Source of the DNA: an uncultured virus (IMG/VR IMGVR_UViG_3300025502_001355)
Taxonomy: Duplodnaviria > Heunggongvirae > Uroviricota > Caudoviricetes
IMG/VR virus record: IMGVR_UViG_3300025502_001355
Strand: one strand, 5' to 3'
Length of the DNA stretch: 20,000 nt
Shown here: positions 16,767 through 20,000 of the stretch, piece by piece
How positions within the stretch are numbered: the first letter of the stretch is position 1
Layout: every line of letters begins with the position of its first letter
Notes under the pieces: generated by a model
Seen by the model: the letters and a program-made list of their open reading frames with translations, nothing else
Told to the model about the DNA's origin: nothing
Database searches by the model: none
Position numbers and translations under genes: made by a program

Positions 16767-17393
16767 ATGAAGCAAGATCTAACCAAATGGTCAAGATTAG
16801 TAACATTTTTTCTAGGAACGTGGCTGGTAGTATATGCAATTATTGCAGTCACTAGTAATGTTAAAGCGCCAGCAAACCAAGCAGTGGGCGCAGAAACTAT
16901 CGAAATTATTAACACAGCAGTAAAGCAATCGCCTGTTGACATGAGACAGGTTAGGCGAGAATTGGATTGCCTTGCTAGGAACATATACTGGGAAGCTCGT
17001 AGTGAGCCAGTTGAAGGTATGATTGCTGTGGCACAGGTCACTCTTAACCGAGTGGCACACAACAGTTTCCCTGATGATATATGTGATGTGGTATATCAAG
17101 GCCCAACCAAAGCATCCTGGAAAGACAAGAGTGTATATTATCCTGTAAAACATCGTTGCCAATTCAGTTGGTACTGTGATGGTAAATCAGATCGCATTTC
17201 GTCAGTTAATCAAACTATCTTTGACCGTTGCTATGAAGTAGCCAGACAGGTATTAATTGAAGGCAAAAGATTACCTGGCTTAAAACAAGCAGTATTCTAT
17301 CATGCAGATTATGTTAGCCCTGTCTGGCGTTATCCTAAATTGGCTAAAATAGGCACACACATATTTTACGGTGATAGAAACAGCCAAAACTAA
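16767..17393 (+). CDS. SleB-like cell wall hydrolase (Hydrolase_2 family) with N-terminal membrane anchor
   Basis: CLARNIYWEARSE (catalytic Glu), AVAQVTLNRV, ICDVVYQ, CQFSWYCDG, FYHADYVSP and IGTHIFY. Hydrophobic residues ~11-28, AGGAG RBS. Confidence 0.92.
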   Translation: MKQDLTKWSRLVTFFLGTWLVVYAIIAVTSNVKAPANQAVGAETIEIINTAVKQSPVDMRQVRRELDCLARNIYWEARSEPVEGMIAVAQVTLNRVAHNSFPDDICDVVYQGPTKASWKDKSVYYPVKHRCQFSWYCDGKSDRISSVNQTIFDRCYEVARQVLIEGKRLPGLKQAVFYHADYVSPVWRYPKLAKIGTHIFYGDRNSQN

Positions 17394-17412
17394 ACTGCTA
17401 ACATAGTAGCCA

Positions 17413-17420
17413 AATAAATA
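17413..17420 (+). promoter_or_regulatory. Late promoter variant AATAAATA
   Basis: Intergenic, followed by GGAGG (17426-17430) and ATG 17437. Confidence 0.6.
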
Positions 17421-17436
17421 CTATTGGAGGTTTAGT

Positions 17437-17868
17437 ATGTCAAAGATTTTATTTTTTCTATTGTTTATTCCCACATTGTTATTCTCAGCTGATCTTCATC
17501 AGATGAACGAAAATGATCTGGCACTAGATATTACGAACTCAGACACAGTACAAAATGGTCGAGAGTGGTACGACAGACGTTGTTCCTTCTGTCATGGTGG
17601 CCAAGGCAAAGGTGGCAAAGGTCCTTGCTTAACATGTGGCAAGTTTACATACAGTTCAAATACCAACATGGGTATATTCACAACCATTAGTGTGGGCATT
17701 ACCAATCAGAGTTTAGGCGGCACAATGGGTGCATTTGGTACAACCATTGACGGTATGGATATAGTTGCTATTGTAACTTACTTACGGTCAGAAGAAAGAC
17801 GCAGAATTGAGTCTGGTGAAATTAAAGATCCATACATTGTGCAAGAACAGATGGTCTTCCCGGAATAA
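17437..17868 (+). CDS. Secreted monoheme c-type cytochrome
   Basis: Signal peptide MSKILFFLLFIPTLLFSA, G..WY...C49SFC52H53 heme-binding motif, GP.L, candidate axial Met97 (TMGAF), and C-terminal helix DIVAIVTYLRS. Confidence 0.87.
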   Translation: MSKILFFLLFIPTLLFSADLHQMNENDLALDITNSDTVQNGREWYDRRCSFCHGGQGKGGKGPCLTCGKFTYSSNTNMGIFTTISVGITNQSLGGTMGAFGTTIDGMDIVAIVTYLRSEERRRIESGEIKDPYIVQEQMVFPE

Positions 17869-17879
17869 AGGATAGTAGA

Positions 17880-18107
17880 ATGAGCAAGCCTATTGCAGAT
17901 GATTTTGAAGTAATCGAAGCGCAACAAGAGCAAGACATAGATGCAGAAGACTATGGCTTTGTATTTGATTCAGACGGCAACTTGAAGTATGCCTTTGTCC
18001 CAGAAGCAATTTTTGACAATAATCCGCCGAAAATTATCAAACAAATTATGAAACTGTTGGATGTTACTGACCTTGAACAGTTTAATAACGACATTACCCT
18101 GCACTAA
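17880..18107 (+). CDS. Small acidic hypothetical protein
   Basis: 75 aa with AAGGA upstream; DYGFVFDSDGNLK motif. Confidence 0.7.
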   Translation: MSKPIADDFEVIEAQQEQDIDAEDYGFVFDSDGNLKYAFVPEAIFDNNPPKIIKQIMKLLDVTDLEQFNNDITLH

Positions 18108-18198
18108 AACCACAACAAAGTGACACCAAACAGCCCAATCCTGGGCTGAAACCACTCTAAAAACACTCCAAAAAGTCTTTGTATACAATGACGTATAG

Positions 18199-18250
18199 TT
18201 TTGGTTGACGGCTTGTCCAAAAACATCTATAATACGTAGTATATTAACTA
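18199..18250 (+). promoter_or_regulatory. Early sigma70 promoter, copy 1 of a 52 bp repeat
   Basis: TTGACG (18205-18210), 17 nt spacer, TATAAT (18228-18233). 48/52 identical to 18436-18487. Confidence 0.88.
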
Positions 18251-18269
18251 GTAACAGCAAGGGGCTAAT

Positions 18270-18413
18270 ATGTATAAAGTAGATTTTTACAGCTTTGGTT
18301 ATTCAAAACAGTTTGACACCTTAGAGCAAGCGGTTGAGAACGCTACAAAATCTGGCTTTTCGTGTACTGTTTGGTTAGGTGATGCATTACTCCGTTGTTT
18401 CAAAACAATCTAA
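18270..18413 (+). CDS. Small early hypothetical protein (47 aa, not in the ORF track)
   Basis: MYKVDFYSFGYSKQFDTLEQAVENATKSGFSCTVWLGDALLRCFKTI, with AAGGGG RBS, directly behind promoter copy 1. Confidence 0.7.
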   Translation: MYKVDFYSFGYSKQFDTLEQAVENATKSGFSCTVWLGDALLRCFKTI

Positions 18414-18435
18414 GTTGTTGATTACAAAGGATTTT

Positions 18436-18487
18436 TTTTGGTTGACGGTTTGTCCAAAAACATCTATAATACTACGTATATTAACTA
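18436..18487 (+). promoter_or_regulatory. Early sigma70 promoter, copy 2 of a 52 bp repeat
   Basis: TTGACG (18442-18447), 17 nt spacer, TATAAT (18465-18470); followed by TAAGGAG. Confidence 0.88.
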
Positions 18488-18501
18488 ATAAGGAGCTAAA
18501 G

Positions 18502-18732
18502 ATGCAGTTAACAGTTAAAGAGTTTGTAAATTACTGCAACGACTTTTACGGTATGGGTGGCTTATACGACATGGCCTTTACTAAAAAAGAAATAGCCCAT
18601 GCAGTAGACATTTACTTTAGTCGCATGTCAGACCAAGTAAATTGGGGCGGTGGTGATACTGTAGACCGTGAACGTGTTTACGAGATTATGCGTGAAATTT
18701 ATACTTTTGAATACAAAGTGGAGGTAGCGTAA
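18502..18732 (+). CDS. Early hypothetical protein (76 aa)
   Basis: Start re-called at ATG 18502 after AAGGAG. MQLTVKEFVNYCNDFYG...WGGGDTVDRERV. Confidence 0.8.
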   Translation: MQLTVKEFVNYCNDFYGMGGLYDMAFTKKEIAHAVDIYFSRMSDQVNWGGGDTVDRERVYEIMREIYTFEYKVEVA

Positions 18733-18905
18733 TGACCAATAAAGAAATGGTACACTTTATTAATTCAATTGAGTACGATCTTATTTGTGCTGGTACAGAA
18801 CAAGATAAGATGGACTTGCGTAAGAAATTAACTTTTAAACGTGAACAACTTGAACGTGAAATTCAATTAGAACAGCATCACTTCGATACACAACTGTCTT
18901 ACTAA
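18732..18905 (+). CDS. Small early hypothetical protein (57 aa, not in the ORF track)
   Basis: TAATG overlap with the upstream stop, GGAGG RBS. MTNKEMVHFINSIEYDLIC...FDTQLSY. Confidence 0.72.
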   Translation: MTNKEMVHFINSIEYDLICAGTEQDKMDLRKKLTFKREQLEREIQLEQHHFDTQLSY

Positions 18906-18914
18906 GAGGGCAAG

Positions 18915-19229
18915 ATGTACAAGTTTATAATTTATCAGATGGAACGTGATAGTGACTTGTATCACAACAAGAGTTTTTATGGAAGAGATAGCCTGTTCTT
19001 CAACAAGGATCATGCAAGGCAGGCAATGGCTAAACGACAATATAAAAGGGTGGCATGTATACACGCTCATAATTTAAACGAAGTGCGGCACAAGGCCACC
19101 ACTTCAGGCTACTTGCTCGATCATGTAGCCAAATTAGAAATTGGCTACATGATAGAAAGTGAAACATATGGCAATCAGTACATTGTTGCTAATGCCGGGT
19201 TTGACAGTTTGAACGAAATTATTTTATAA
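18915..19229 (+). CDS. Early hypothetical protein
   Basis: 104 aa, GAGG RBS, packed in the operon. Confidence 0.72.
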   Translation: MYKFIIYQMERDSDLYHNKSFYGRDSLFFNKDHARQAMAKRQYKRVACIHAHNLNEVRHKATTSGYLLDHVAKLEIGYMIESETYGNQYIVANAGFDSLNEIIL

Positions 19230-19244
19230 ACAAGGAGAACCAGT

Positions 19245-19463
19245 ATGTCCAAAATTGCAGGAAGGTCAGACAAAGCAATCGAAGTATGCGGCGGCGATCA
19301 GTATTTACTGATACTGATGGCATCACAAAGGACTCGCGAGATTGCACAAGGTGCCGAGCCTAGAGTTACGGAAATCCAAGACGAAAAGGCAGCCAGTACT
19401 GCTATTAGAGAGATCGAACAAGGTTTGTATACAGTGGATGAATATAATCAAGATTCTAAATAA
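19245..19463 (+). CDS. rpoZ: RNA polymerase omega subunit homolog
   Basis: 72 aa. AIEVCGGDQYLLILMASQRTREIAQGAEPRV...EKAASTAIREIEQG aligns with RpoZ ([24 protein letters not shown].V...DK...ALREIEEG). AAGGAG RBS. Confidence 0.85.
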   Translation: MSKIAGRSDKAIEVCGGDQYLLILMASQRTREIAQGAEPRVTEIQDEKAASTAIREIEQGLYTVDEYNQDSK

Positions 19464-19476
19464 CAGGAGAAACATT

Positions 19477-19656
19477 ATGGCTAATTATGCTATGGCACCA
19501 AGAAAACGTTGGTATGTTGCAGAAGATGGTAAGGTAATTACACAACCATTTCCTAATAATCAGTATCAATGTGAACTTATAATAACGCAGTTAAACAATG
19601 GGTTAGAAGAAACTGCACTTCGCAATCTAACTGTCGAATCGGAGGTAATTGAATAA
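19477..19656 (+). CDS. Small hypothetical protein (59 aa)
   Basis: Start re-called at ATG 19477 after CAGGAG; MANYAMAPRKRWYVAEDG. Confidence 0.7.
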   Translation: MANYAMAPRKRWYVAEDGKVITQPFPNNQYQCELIITQLNNGLEETALRNLTVESEVIE

Positions 19657-19853
19657 TGACTGACGTTTTAGAGTTTATATATGAGTTAAAGAAAATCAAA
19701 CACTCTATTCACCCCAACATGACTTTGCAGGAACAGGCAATGATCAAAGAAGATATTGATAGACTCATTGATACATACAACTCAGTAGCTGATGATTATA
19801 ATGCCTGGGGCAATCAAGAAGCACTCAAAATGACTTACAGGGAAACAACATGA
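19656..19853 (+). CDS. Small hypothetical protein (65 aa)
   Basis: TAATG overlap, GGAGG upstream. Confidence 0.72.
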   Translation: MTDVLEFIYELKKIKHSIHPNMTLQEQAMIKEDIDRLIDTYNSVADDYNAWGNQEALKMTYRETT

Positions 19854-19921
19854 GCTTTAAAGAAATACTAAAAGCCGCAGAGCAAAGTACTCAAGACAGC
19901 TTGTATCAAATATATCTTTAA
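19850..19921 (+). CDS. Possible 23 aa microprotein
   Basis: ATGA overlap, AGGG upstream, MSFKEILKAAEQSTQDSLYQIYL; exactly fills the gap to the next RBS. Confidence 0.35.
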   Translation: MSFKEILKAAEQSTQDSLYQIYL

Positions 19922-19935
19922 AAGGAGAAAACAAC

Positions 19936-20000
19936 ATGAACAAAGATATGAACTTTGAAAACATGAACATCGAAGAAACAAAGAAAGAAGCAGAGCAAGG
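19936..20000 (+). CDS. 5' end of hypothetical protein (partial)
   Basis: AAGGAG RBS, then MNKDMNFENMNIEETKKEAEQ running off the window. Confidence 0.65.
   Translation, partial: MNKDMNFENMNIEETKKEAEQ

Noticed and set aside
18379..18501. Upstream extension of ORF 18379-18732
   Set aside because: It runs through promoter copy 2 and overlaps a better small ORF. The RBS supports ATG 18502.
19342..19476. Upstream extension of ORF 19342-19656
   Set aside because: It overlaps rpoZ in another frame, and the RBS supports ATG 19477.
1..20000. Stop-codon reassignment as seen in some large phages
   Set aside because: Known genes are full length in the standard code, and TAA, TGA (304, 7957) and TAG (3516, 5711, PAAR gene) all act as stops at sensible gene boundaries.

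Overview
A ~20 kb segment of an AT-rich, large T4-like (myovirus/jumbo-type) bacteriophage genome. It is almost entirely + strand, uses the standard genetic code, and probably infects a proteobacterium (inferred from E. coli-type class Ia nrdAB, an RpoZ homolog, an IHF-like site and a periplasmic cytochrome c). Layout: (1) 1-6176 is a late module with repeated TATAAATA-type late promoters and UNCG terminators. It holds a Pol-beta nucleotidyltransferase/ligase-like fusion, three tandem paralogous virion proteins, a holin-like protein and probable head-internal proteins. (2) 6245-9255 holds a B12-binding radical SAM enzyme, an SGNH hydrolase and a PD-(D/E)xK exonuclease. (3) 9281-11101 holds a beta-helix tail fibre/spike and a hypothetical gene. 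(4) 11118-16344 holds nrdA, nrdB, a Cys-His-Asp domain fused to a GIY-YIG homing endonuclease, and glutaredoxin. (5) 16345-18107 holds a PAAR spike tip, an SleB-type hydrolase and a c-type cytochrome. (6) 18199-20000 is an early region with duplicated sigma70 promoters, small ORFs and a phage RNA polymerase omega subunit. The best candidate novel system: NrdB carries Gln at the positions of E. coli Glu350 and Glu352 ([11 protein letters not shown]), and the abutting gene encodes a papain/transglutaminase-like domain (possible Gln deamidase) fused to a homing endonuclease. This suggests a selfish element that recodes its target site and repairs the protein post-translationally. This is a hypothesis; all family assignments are by eye from motifs, with no searches run.
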